IMG/VR virus record: IMGVR_UViG_3300037068_000078
Span: 1 to 64,000 of that record
Source: a virus
Direction: 5' to 3' (one strand)
Length of the DNA stretch: 64,000 nucleotides
Positions 45,466 through 53,852 of the stretch are shown one piece after another. The notes under the pieces are model-generated. The model was not told the origin of the DNA and made no database searches. It saw only the letters and a list, made by a program, of their open reading frames with translations. The stretch's first letter is position 1. Each line of letters begins with the position of its first letter. Position numbers and translations under genes: made by a program.

Positions 45466-45710
45466 ATAACCCGTACGTTTGGGCCGCGCTCGCTGTTGCC
45501 GTTACACTGTGTGCACTTGGTGCAGCGTGGCGGATGGCGCACCGCGCGGAGCGTCACAGCCGCGATGAGTACGACCGGTTGATGCGCCGCGTGGGCACGG
45601 ACGGCGCGTACTACTACGGCGAAAGCGACACGGTCTATGACGAGTCCGGCATGTCGGCGGGCTTCGGCGTGGGACCACTGATCAAGAAGGATGGGAAAGA
45701 TGGCGTATAA
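45462..45710 (+). CDS. Small membrane-anchored protein
   Basis: SD GAGGAG; N-terminal TM helix. Confidence 0.55.
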   Translation: MNNPYVWAALAVAVTLCALGAAWRMAHRAERHSRDEYDRLMRRVGTDGAYYYGESDTVYDESGMSAGFGVGPLIKKDGKDGV

Positions 45711-46674
45711 GCAGGAGCCGCCGTTCGCGGTGCAGATCGAGCTCGCAGAGGGGTGCAACCTGCGCTGCTCCTTCTGCGGGCTGAATGGCATACGCGGCAA
45801 GGAGAACGACTTCAAGGTGATGACGGACAAGGTGCTGCAGTCCGCCATCAAGCAAATGCTGGCGTTGAACTGGAACCCGCGCATTGAGTTCGCAATGCAC
45901 GGCGAGCCCACCATGCATCCAGGCTTCGTGGACATGGTGAAGATCGTGCGCTGGCTCGCGCCCAAGTTCCACATCATGATGACCAGCAACGGCGGCGGAC
46001 TGCTGAAGAAGCCGGGGCCGGTGCAGCTGATTAAGGACCTGTTCGACGGTGGGCTCAACTGCCTAGCGCTGGACGACTACCAGGACGCGAAGCTGGTGCC
46101 GAAGATCCGCGCGGCACTGGGGAACAACCTGGGCGAGCACGTGGACGCGCAGGTGTACGAATATCCGGAGGACAAACGTGGCAACCCGCACGCAAGACAT
46201 CATCGACGCTCACTCGTCTTCATTCAAGCGATTGATGCAGCAACGACAGGAACTCACTCGCATCTCAACAATCATGCTGGAGCGGGAGCTCCTCCTAATG
46301 ATGACGGCGCTGGGAAGAGATGCGCTAAGCCATTTCGCGAACTTTCAATACGATGGGACGGTAACGTGGCGGTCTGCTGCAATGACTGGCGAGGTGTTTA
46401 CAAATGCGGAAATGTTGTTTCGGACGGTCTTGACACCGTCTGGAATGGTGATCCAATGCGCGCTGCCAGAGTTAAGCTCTACCACGGAGAGCGAGACTTT
46501 GGTCCATGCAACGGCTGCGATGCTAAGTCGGATCGCGTCGGACTTCTTCCAGATAAATTCGGCCGTGAGGATCTACCGAGAGTTTCAGCCGCCGTCAAGC
46601 GAGCAATCGGAGCCGCGCTTGAAGGTGATAGTTATACAAAAGCTGTACTGAGACCATGGGAGGTGGGGAAGTGA
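45691..46674 (+). CDS. Radical SAM enzyme with a twitch/SPASM domain
   Basis: CNLRCSFC, HGEP, TSNG, CAKPF...WDG.V.VCCND, CNGC. Confidence 0.9.
   Translation: MGKMAYKQEPPFAVQIELAEGCNLRCSFCGLNGIRGKENDFKVMTDKVLQSAIKQMLALNWNPRIEFAMHGEPTMHPGFVDMVKIVRWLAPKFHIMMTSNGGGLLKKPGPVQLIKDLFDGGLNCLALDDYQDAKLVPKIRAALGNNLGEHVDAQVYEYPEDKRGNPHARHHRRSLVFIQAIDAATTGTHSHLNNHAGAGAPPNDDGAGKRCAKPFRELSIRWDGNVAVCCNDWRGVYKCGNVVSDGLDTVWNGDPMRAARVKLYHGERDFGPCNGCDAKSDRVGLLPDKFGREDLPRVSAAVKRAIGAALEGDSYTKAVLRPWEVGK
46178..46651 (+). CDS. Overprinted 157-aa gene nested in the +1 frame of the radical SAM gene
   Basis: GGAGGA 5 nt before GTG. Host-frame GC3 falls abruptly over this interval. Confidence 0.7.
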   Translation: MATRTQDIIDAHSSSFKRLMQQRQELTRISTIMLERELLLMMTALGRDALSHFANFQYDGTVTWRSAAMTGEVFTNAEMLFRTVLTPSGMVIQCALPELSSTTESETLVHATAAMLSRIASDFFQINSAVRIYREFQPPSSEQSEPRLKVIVIQKLY

Positions 46675-46883
46675 ATACAGAAGAGAACACAGTTAAGCTG
46701 GTGGGACAGATAGAGAGGCGCACCGACTACATCGCCACCATCAACGGCGTGCTTCATCAGCTGTGGTGCCTCACGGACATGGCCCAGTATCACCAGCGAT
46801 GGGAGTGGCGCAAGGTGCCGTTCTACTCCAACGAGGAGGCATTGAAGATCGGTACGATCGTGGGAGGAGACAAGGCGCTGTGA
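46671..46883 (+). CDS. Hypothetical protein
   Basis: GTGA coupling; SD GGAGG. Confidence 0.55.
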   Translation: MNTEENTVKLVGQIERRTDYIATINGVLHQLWCLTDMAQYHQRWEWRKVPFYSNEEALKIGTIVGGDKAL

Positions 46884-47356
46884 GGAAGCCCATCATCATC
46901 GGCATGAACAACCCCATCAGCCTTGCGCCCGGTCACGAGCTCTATCCGCTGCCCGATGGCTGCACCGGCAACCGGCTGTGGAAGATGTTGGACGCCAGCA
47001 TGCAGACGCGCGGCAAGGGGCGCGTGAAGATGAAAGCGTACCTCGACGCGTTCGAGCGGCGCAACTTGGTGATCGACAAGGCGTGGAACAAGGTGGCGGC
47101 CCGCGCACGCGCCCACGAGATATCCATCGAGCTCTTCGGTAGCAAGCGCACGGTGGTCCTACTAGGCACGGAGGTAGCAAACGCCTTCGGCCTCCCCCCG
47201 CTCAAGCTTGTTCCGACGATGGTCGGGGGGATTGTATTCCGGCAGGTGCCGCACCCGTCGGGAAGGAACCTCTGGTACAACACGCCGGAGAACATGGTCA
47301 GCGTGGGGAACCTGCTCGCTGACCTATATGAGGAGAGCATTCGTGAAGATGCCTGA
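46880..47356 (+). CDS. Uracil-DNA glycosylase superfamily protein
   Basis: IIIGMNNP, TG.RL, RRNL, VVLLG..VA.AF, VPHPSGRN.WY. Confidence 0.65.
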   Translation: MRKPIIIGMNNPISLAPGHELYPLPDGCTGNRLWKMLDASMQTRGKGRVKMKAYLDAFERRNLVIDKAWNKVAARARAHEISIELFGSKRTVVLLGTEVANAFGLPPLKLVPTMVGGIVFRQVPHPSGRNLWYNTPENMVSVGNLLADLYEESIREDA

Positions 47357-47663
47357 GTGTAGTTGCTACGCGGCTGACGCCGTGGCTGCAGAGAACTTGA
47401 ACTACGACGTGGCGTGGGCAGCTGCTCACTCCGCTGAGTTAGCGGCGACGTTGAACGGAATATGTAAGGAGGCGTACCCGTACTACGTCAACACCGTAGT
47501 CGTCATGCTGCTGCGGAGCGTAGCAATACACACCAAGGGCAAGAGGAAGGAGGACGAGCGCTTTTTGGAGATACTGGAGACGCTCGTGGGTGATGTTAAA
47601 ATGCGCGACGACGTATTGAACGCGCTGCTGGAGCGCAACAGAGAGGGAAGAACCAATCAATGA
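47343..47663 (+). CDS. Hypothetical protein
   Basis: SD GAGGAG; ATGA coupling to the TS gene. Confidence 0.55.
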   Translation: MKMPECSCYAADAVAAENLNYDVAWAAAHSAELAATLNGICKEAYPYYVNTVVVMLLRSVAIHTKGKRKEDERFLEILETLVGDVKMRDDVLNALLERNREGRTNQ

Positions 47664-48739
47664 AAGTCATCAAGGGCCGGAACGTGAATGGGCTTTATGC
47701 CGTGGGCCACGACTACTTGACGTCGTATGGCGAGGAGGGGACGTCGCGCGCGGGGTCGGTGCTGGTATCACCCAAGCCCGTCACCTCGGTGTACCTGCAG
47801 CCGCGCGAGCGCGTGCTGTTCGACGCCGTGCGCAACGCCAACCCGTTCTTCCACATGATGGAGGGGCTGTGGATGCTGGCAGGACGCAGCGACGCCAAGT
47901 TTCTGAACCACTACGTGCGCGACTTCGGCAAGAATTTTGCGGAGGATGGTCTGTACATTCACGGCGCGTATGGTGACAGGTGGCGGAGCGCATTCGGCTT
48001 CGACCAGCTGACTGAGATTGTGGACAAGCTGCGCAAGAACCCGGACGACCGCCAGTGCGTATTGCAGATGTGGGACTCGCGCCCTGGCGCGCAGCACGAC
48101 GCGGGATGCGACGACCTGATGGGCGAGTGGAAGGACCGGCCCTGCAACACGCAGGCGTTCTTCCGCGTGCGCAAGGAGCACACGTTTCGGTTTCGCGGCG
48201 GCGAGTCGACCTACGACGACAAGCTCGACATGACCATCTGCTGCCGCAGCAACGACATCGTGTGGGGTGCCTACGGCGCGAACGCCGTGCACTTCAGCAT
48301 GCTGCAGGAGTACATGGCCGGGCGCATCGGCGTGGATGTCGGCACGCTCTATCAGGTGTCGAACAACTACCACGGTTATACGGCGGTGCTCGACGCGCTG
48401 GGCGACCCCATGCTGCAGGAGAGCGATCTGTACACCAGCGGCGAGGTCCACGCGCTGGACATGGGCACCGACTGGGGCAGGTGGGACGAGGACCTGAAGC
48501 ACTTCATGAAGTGGCACGACGACATTTTGTGGGCTGAGGGCCACGTGTCGTTCGGGACGAGCTTCTTCAACGAGTGGTTCACGCAGGTACCGATGCGCGC
48601 GGCTATTTCCAATTGGTGTCACCGCCGAGGCGACAAGGAGAAAGCGCTCGACTTCGCAAGTCGCATCGCCGCAAGCGACTGGCGCACCGCCTGCACGCAG
48701 TGGCTTCAGCGCAGGTACGACGGGAGCAACGGCAAGTGA
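47660..48739 (+). CDS. Thymidylate synthase homolog, probable dUMP hydroxymethylase
   Basis: NPFFH.ME..WMLAG, GAYG.RW, catalytic PCN, RSNDIVWG..GAN..HF (Asn indicates dUMP specificity), NNYH.Y. Confidence 0.85.
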   Translation: MKVIKGRNVNGLYAVGHDYLTSYGEEGTSRAGSVLVSPKPVTSVYLQPRERVLFDAVRNANPFFHMMEGLWMLAGRSDAKFLNHYVRDFGKNFAEDGLYIHGAYGDRWRSAFGFDQLTEIVDKLRKNPDDRQCVLQMWDSRPGAQHDAGCDDLMGEWKDRPCNTQAFFRVRKEHTFRFRGGESTYDDKLDMTICCRSNDIVWGAYGANAVHFSMLQEYMAGRIGVDVGTLYQVSNNYHGYTAVLDALGDPMLQESDLYTSGEVHALDMGTDWGRWDEDLKHFMKWHDDILWAEGHVSFGTSFFNEWFTQVPMRAAISNWCHRRGDKEKALDFASRIAASDWRTACTQWLQRRYDGSNGK

Positions 48740-49350
48740 TCGACGAGATCGAGAGCGACCCGCGCATTGCGGGGCAGATCACGCGATACCACACGTGGCC
48801 GCGCCTGCGCGACCAATCCGTGGGCGAGCACAGCTGGCAGATCACTCGCATCCTGCTGACCGTGTGGCCCGCCTGCCCGCGTCGCATGTTGGTGCACGCC
48901 ACGCTGCACGACGTGGGCGAGATGGCCGGGGACATACCGTACCCTGGCAAGCGCAACGACCCGGTGCTGAAGGACAGAATGGACGCGGCCGAGCGGGCGG
49001 TGCATTACAGAATGACGGAGCGGTGGCGCTTGCCCTCGCCCGCCATCCTGTCTCACTACGAGGAGAAGGTGTTCAAGTGCATCGAGTACATCGAGATGTG
49101 GGAGTACGGCCTGCAGGAGCAGAACCTCGGCAACAAGTACGGCGCGGTCGTCTCACTGCGCATGATCGTGGCGGCCAACGCGTTGATCGACGCGCTGGTG
49201 CCAACGCGCGGTGACCCGGACATTCGTCCGTCGATCCGCAAGTACGTGGACGAGCGCAAGCGGCAGGAGTGGGGAGCAGAGGGCGTGCCCCCGCGCCTGA
49301 GAGCCGAGCAGGCAATCGAGAAGCAACAGGAGGAGCAGAGCAATGGCTAA
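48736..49350 (+). CDS. HD-domain deoxynucleotidase (YfbR-like)
   Basis: RYH...QSVGEHS, LHD..E..GDIP.P.K. Confidence 0.8.
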   Translation: MIDEIESDPRIAGQITRYHTWPRLRDQSVGEHSWQITRILLTVWPACPRRMLVHATLHDVGEMAGDIPYPGKRNDPVLKDRMDAAERAVHYRMTERWRLPSPAILSHYEEKVFKCIEYIEMWEYGLQEQNLGNKYGAVVSLRMIVAANALIDALVPTRGDPDIRPSIRKYVDERKRQEWGAEGVPPRLRAEQAIEKQQEEQSNG

Positions 49351-50233
49351 CACGGGAATGGAACACATGAAGCACCTGCAGGCGGTCGTGGATAGCGACG
49401 TCCGCGTGCTGCAGAAGAAGGAGGCGACCTACCAGGGCAGCTGGAAGCGCGCTGGCGGGCGCTCGGCTTGGTTCATGATGCGCCGGAACATGGACCGGCT
49501 CATCGAGATGATGAAGAAGCCCGACGCCGGACACGGCTTCAGCGTCGAGGACCTCGACGATGCCATCCGTCACGCCACAGTGCGCGAGCCCACGAACCAA
49601 GATGTCACGCTTGACGCGTCGATAGTTAAGTACCTGCGCGACAGCTACTTGGCCGAGAACGTGTTCGCCAAGATCCGCGAGAACCCGGATGGCCGCGATG
49701 GCACCGTGCTCGCCTGCCTGCGCGACCTGCGTCGCTACCTCACGCTCATCGAGGCCGAGATGATCTCGCGCGGCGTCGTGAAGAACGAGATGCCAGCAAC
49801 GCTCGATGAGCTGTTGACCAAGCCACTCGTTGTAATGGAGACAGTTGTCACGACTGATCCAGTGCGCGCCCCATGGCAGATCTGCCACGCGCCCATGTCG
49901 CTCGACAGTCCACAGGAGACCGAGTTACTGCAGCACTTCTACTCGCAGCGCACGGAGACCATGTGGCAGCTGGAGCCGTTCGTCGTGAGCGATAACCTAC
50001 CGCGCTCACTAGTGAGCTACTACAATCTATCGGCACACGACAATCGAACGTGGGTGCTGCGCGTGCAGAATGCGCCCGCAGAACTGCGCGACCAGTGGCC
50101 GCGTCTGCAGCCAGAGCTCAACGCCAAGGAGCACGAGGACCACCCGAACCGTTTCATGTACGAGTGGCTAGACGGCCCGCAGAAGTACAGGCTGCGCGAC
50201 AGGTACGTCACGTTCTGGGGGAGGGAGGCGTGA
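49343..50233 (+). CDS. Nmad1/MazG-like all-alpha nucleotide-modification-associated protein with a C-terminal extension
   Basis: KK..TY.GSWKR.GG...M.R..DRL and DLRRYL.LIEAE. Confidence 0.55.
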   Translation: MANTGMEHMKHLQAVVDSDVRVLQKKEATYQGSWKRAGGRSAWFMMRRNMDRLIEMMKKPDAGHGFSVEDLDDAIRHATVREPTNQDVTLDASIVKYLRDSYLAENVFAKIRENPDGRDGTVLACLRDLRRYLTLIEAEMISRGVVKNEMPATLDELLTKPLVVMETVVTTDPVRAPWQICHAPMSLDSPQETELLQHFYSQRTETMWQLEPFVVSDNLPRSLVSYYNLSAHDNRTWVLRVQNAPAELRDQWPRLQPELNAKEHEDHPNRFMYEWLDGPQKYRLRDRYVTFWGREA

Positions 50234-50505
50234 GCATCACGTACAACCCGGCCACGCTTAGGTTCGGCTGCGACGCGTGCGACGAGGCATTGGTTATAGA
50301 GGAGAGCGCTGGGGGCGGGGCTGACAGGCTGCCTCCCGCGTGGGGCAGAGTATCACTGTCCACTGGAGCAGACCCCAACACGGGATGGTACGAGGCAACA
50401 AGCTCGATCCTGTGCCCCGCATGCGTGATCAAATACAAGAAAAAGGTGATAGGTGAAGGCGACGACAAAAAGCATACGGCCCCGTCGGCAGGTTCTCAAT
50501 CCTAA
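50230..50505 (+). CDS. Small Zn-finger protein
   Basis: CDAC...P.AW...LCPAC. Confidence 0.6.
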   Translation: MSITYNPATLRFGCDACDEALVIEESAGGGADRLPPAWGRVSLSTGADPNTGWYEATSSILCPACVIKYKKKVIGEGDDKKHTAPSAGSQS

Positions 50506-52549
50506 CCAGATGCCGTTGATCACGCCGAACTCCACGTGGGTTCGGCCGTCGGAACTCCCGGACCTGCGAGGGCTCCGGGAGTTCGCCATTGACACAGAGG
50601 AGAAGGACGATGGACTTGCCAACGATCGCGGCCCCGGTTGGGTGTACGGCGCTGGTCACGTTGCTGGTGTTAGCTGCGCTTGGCGCGAGGGCGACGGCAC
50701 GCTGCGGTCGATCTACGCACCCGTACGCCACCCGGACAGCGACTGCTTCGATCACGACGCTGTACGCAGGTGGCTCAAGGACCACTTCAACTGTGGTGCG
50801 CGGGTCATATTCCAGAACGGGCCGTACGACCTAGGTTGGATCGAGCAGGACTTCGGCGTTAAGGCTCCGGAGCACATCGACGACATCGGCTGCATGGCGG
50901 TGATGATCGACGAGACACATCGCGAGTACAGCCTGGACGCCATCTCGCGGCGACTGGGGCGGCAGGGCAAGAACATGCGCGAGCTCATCGAGGCCGCGCA
51001 CGCCTACGGCTATCCAGCTGCCAAGGTCAAGGAGGCGATCGGCAGGATGCCCGCGCGCTACGTGGGGCCGTATGCAGAACAAGACGCAGTCGAGACGCTG
51101 CTCGGGGCCGAGGACATGCGGCCGGAGTTGGCGGAGCAGGGCTTGCTCAACGCCTACCAGCTGGAGATGGATCTCATCCCGCTGATCCACGCCATGCGCA
51201 AGCGCGGCATTCGCATGGACATGGACCGGCTGTACGCAAACCGCGACAAGCTCTACGAGATGCGCGACGAGACGCTGAAGGAGATACAGCGCAGGTGCGG
51301 TGGCCGCCAGCTGGTGATGGAGGACATCCGCTCGGAGGACTGGCTGCACCGCACGTTCGGCGCGCAGGGTGTCGAGTACCGGGGTGACGATGGCTCCTAT
51401 AACTTCCAAAAGGACTGGATGCGTCAAGGCTACCTGGGACGCTACCAGGACGGCAAGGAGGGCCACTGGCTGCCGCTACTGGTGGCGCGTGCCAAGCAAT
51501 GTCACGATAGCGCCGACAAGTTCATCGATGGCTTCCTCATCAACTTCGCGCACAACGGGCGCATCCATGCCAGCATCAATCAGTTCCTGAACGAGGACGG
51601 TGGCACCCGCACGCACCGCTTCTCCTACTCTGATCCCCCGCTCCAACAGATGCCGAGCCGGGGGGAGATGCTGATAAAGACGTGGCTGTTGACGAAGCAG
51701 ATCGTGGAGATGATCCGCGTGTGCTTCCTGCCGGAGCGTGGTGAGAAATGGTTCAGCCCGGACTACTCGCAGCAGGAGTACCGGCTGATGGTGCACTACG
51801 CTGCGATGGAGGAGTTGACGAAGGCGGACTGGGCCGCGCAGAAATACATCGACGACGTCAACACCGACTTCCACAACATGGTGGTGGAGATGACGGGCTT
51901 GCCGCGCCAGCGCGCCAAGGACGTGAACTTCGCCAAGTCGTACGGCGCTGGCCTGAAGAAGTTCGCGGCCATGACGGGCATGACGCTGGAGGAGTCTGAG
52001 AAGACAATCACGCAGTACGACACCGAGATGCCGTTCATTAAGCAGTTGAACGAGCGCTGCGACAAGGCCGCGCAGCAGCGCGGGTACATCGTGATGCTCG
52101 ACGGCGCACGCATGCACTTCAACACCTGGGAGTGCGCCAAGTGGATCGACTACGACGTCAAGCGCGCGGCGGAGTTCGCGGGCTATAAGCAGAACGACTG
52201 CCACAAGGATGAGGCGCTTGAGCGCACGCGCACACCGGGGCATCCGTGGTTCGGCAAGCCGTTGCGCCGCGCCAACACGCGCAAGGCCATGAACGGCTTG
52301 ATCCAGGGTGGGTCGGCGCGCATGGGCAAGCGCGCGATGCGCGACATGTGGCGCGAGGGCTACGTGCCGCTCGTGCAGATGCATGACGAATTCCCCAACT
52401 CCGTCGCGAAGGAGAAGGATGGCAAGCGCATTGCTGAGATCATGCGGTCTGCCTTCAAGGGGCGCGTGCCGTTCAAGGTGGATGAGGAGTACGGACCCAA
52501 TTGGGGAGAGGCGAAATACAAATGGAAGGAAGTCAAGGCAGCAGCATGA
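50453..52549 (+). CDS. polA: DNA polymerase, family A, with 3'-5' exonuclease
   Basis: ExoI AIDTE; motif A DYSQQEYR; motif B RAKDVNFAKSYG; motif C MHDE. Confidence 0.95.
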   Translation: MKATTKSIRPRRQVLNPNQMPLITPNSTWVRPSELPDLRGLREFAIDTEEKDDGLANDRGPGWVYGAGHVAGVSCAWREGDGTLRSIYAPVRHPDSDCFDHDAVRRWLKDHFNCGARVIFQNGPYDLGWIEQDFGVKAPEHIDDIGCMAVMIDETHREYSLDAISRRLGRQGKNMRELIEAAHAYGYPAAKVKEAIGRMPARYVGPYAEQDAVETLLGAEDMRPELAEQGLLNAYQLEMDLIPLIHAMRKRGIRMDMDRLYANRDKLYEMRDETLKEIQRRCGGRQLVMEDIRSEDWLHRTFGAQGVEYRGDDGSYNFQKDWMRQGYLGRYQDGKEGHWLPLLVARAKQCHDSADKFIDGFLINFAHNGRIHASINQFLNEDGGTRTHRFSYSDPPLQQMPSRGEMLIKTWLLTKQIVEMIRVCFLPERGEKWFSPDYSQQEYRLMVHYAAMEELTKADWAAQKYIDDVNTDFHNMVVEMTGLPRQRAKDVNFAKSYGAGLKKFAAMTGMTLEESEKTITQYDTEMPFIKQLNERCDKAAQQRGYIVMLDGARMHFNTWECAKWIDYDVKRAAEFAGYKQNDCHKDEALERTRTPGHPWFGKPLRRANTRKAMNGLIQGGSARMGKRAMRDMWREGYVPLVQMHDEFPNSVAKEKDGKRIAEIMRSAFKGRVPFKVDEEYGPNWGEAKYKWKEVKAAA

Positions 52550-53016
52550 GAAAACTACCGAGCCAAACTGTTCTCTGCACGCTGTTCCGATATGCGCCCA
52601 AGTCCGGTGTGCTCACGCGGTGGGATGGCCGCACCTGCGGCAAGAAGGTGTCGATCAAGAATGCCGACTACTGGGCCACGCGCGTGGTGTGGAAGATGCA
52701 GACAGGCAGCGACCCGCGCGTGGTGGTGCCGCGCGATGGCGACCCGAGCAACCTGCGCTGGTCCAACCTGATGGAAACCAGCCACAGCGGGCACCGGGTG
52801 CGGGGCGCGGCACACAGTACCAGCAAGACCGGCCTGCGGGGCGTGTATAAGGTGGGTGCCCGGACCTACCGGGCTCAGGTGTGGTGGCGGGGCCGCAAGC
52901 TACACTTGGGCACCTTTCCGTCCGGGGTGGCAGCTGTGGCGGCCCGCAAGACGGCCCTGGCGCGACTTATGGCGGGCAAACCGGCTCTCACAGCTGCCAA
53001 GATAAGGTCGCGTTAA
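52546..53016 (+). CDS. Degenerate HNH plus AP2-domain protein
   Basis: LFRY.P.SG; HNH scaffold without the DH motif; AP2 SKTGLRGVY...YRAQ...LHLGTF...A..AR. Confidence 0.75.
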   Translation: MRKLPSQTVLCTLFRYAPKSGVLTRWDGRTCGKKVSIKNADYWATRVVWKMQTGSDPRVVVPRDGDPSNLRWSNLMETSHSGHRVRGAAHSTSKTGLRGVYKVGARTYRAQVWWRGRKLHLGTFPSGVAAVAARKTALARLMAGKPALTAAKIRSR

Positions 53017-53044
53017 CCAGCTGGGGCCAGTCTCAAAATAGTCC

Positions 53045-53074
53045 TTGCGCCCCGGCAAGAACCGCCACTATAGT
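53045..53074 (+). promoter_or_regulatory. Sigma70-like promoter (TTGCGC-N18-TATAGT)
   Basis: Resembles the alphaproteobacterial CTTG...CTATA pattern; lies at the head of the early region. Confidence 0.6.
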
Positions 53075-53079
53075 ATGAG

Positions 53080-53490
53080 CGTGATTTGGTAGTGCTTAAG
53101 GCAACGGTCTCATTAGCCGCGAAGCCCCACTCCAGATCATCCGACGCGGTACACGTACTAGCGCCCGGTGCTGGCAACAGCACCCGCCCCGTACTTACAC
53201 TGCGCCACGCGCCAGCCAAAAGGGCAGCGGGTTCTCCATACCCCAAGGCAGCGCACGGTGCGGTACAGTCTCTCCTCCGGCATACGCCTAACGGCAGCCG
53301 CACATCCGGAGAGGCGCAGGGGCTAAGGCACAGCTAGGCACGGGGTGGATTCCGGCGGGCTGCGGTGCAAACGCGGCGGGTTACAAATTTTAAACAGGCA
53401 AAAGTTTATGCGCCGCGCGGCACCAGCTGCGCGGCGCATTGCCGTTTGCCTAGCAAGCGTAACGCGGGCCGCATGGTGCGGCCTGCACAA
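53080..53490 (+). ncRNA. Candidate large structured ncRNA or leader
   Basis: Nested stems, a GCAA-tetraloop hairpin at 53167-53184 and an 11-bp hairpin at 53408-53439. No credible ORF. Confidence 0.45.
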
Positions 53491-53508
53491 CAGCAAGTGG
53501 AGAACGAC

Positions 53509-53742
53509 ATGATGTACGACCAGAAGAAGGCGCTGCGGTTGCTGGCGCGCTGCACGATGCGTGATTTCACCAAGACCGACTGGTACGGGTTCGCCGGTTG
53601 CGAGACCAAGGACCCCATGATCGGAGAAGTTGACGAGCACACACTGATACTCGACGGCGACGTGCTGCTGGTGCTGGACAAGCAAGACCTGGAGGGCGGC
53701 ACCGAGGGCGTCACCTTCAAGCTGAAGATCAACAGCTACTGA
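53509..53742 (+). CDS. Hypothetical early protein
   Basis: SD GGAG; typical codon usage. Confidence 0.65.
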   Translation: MMYDQKKALRLLARCTMRDFTKTDWYGFAGCETKDPMIGEVDEHTLILDGDVLLVLDKQDLEGGTEGVTFKLKINSY

Positions 53743-53852
53743 GATGCGCATCCTCCGCACAACGAAAGCGCTGCGAGCCCTCGCAGCGTTCACCGCGTGG
53801 AAGCTCACGCTCCTCACCATTGTACCAGCACTGGCAAACTAGGAGATCGCAA

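Noticed and set aside
47660-50233. Z-genome (PurZ/DatZ) or 7-deazaguanine pathway
   Set aside because: HD and MazG-like genes are present, but there is no PurZ, DpdA, FolE, QueC or QueD. The TS and aGPT-PPlase genes point to thymidine chemistry.
53160-53270. RNase P, tmRNA or tRNA resemblance (GGTGCGGTA, CTGGCAACAG)
   Set aside because: The universally conserved P4 and T-loop motifs are missing, and the element order is wrong.
52546-53500. Group I intron or IscB/HEARO-type HNH-RNA element
   Set aside because: PolA is uninterrupted. There is no RuvC domain, the HNH is degenerate and AP2-type, and no P7 partner for the GGTACAGTC-like segment was found.
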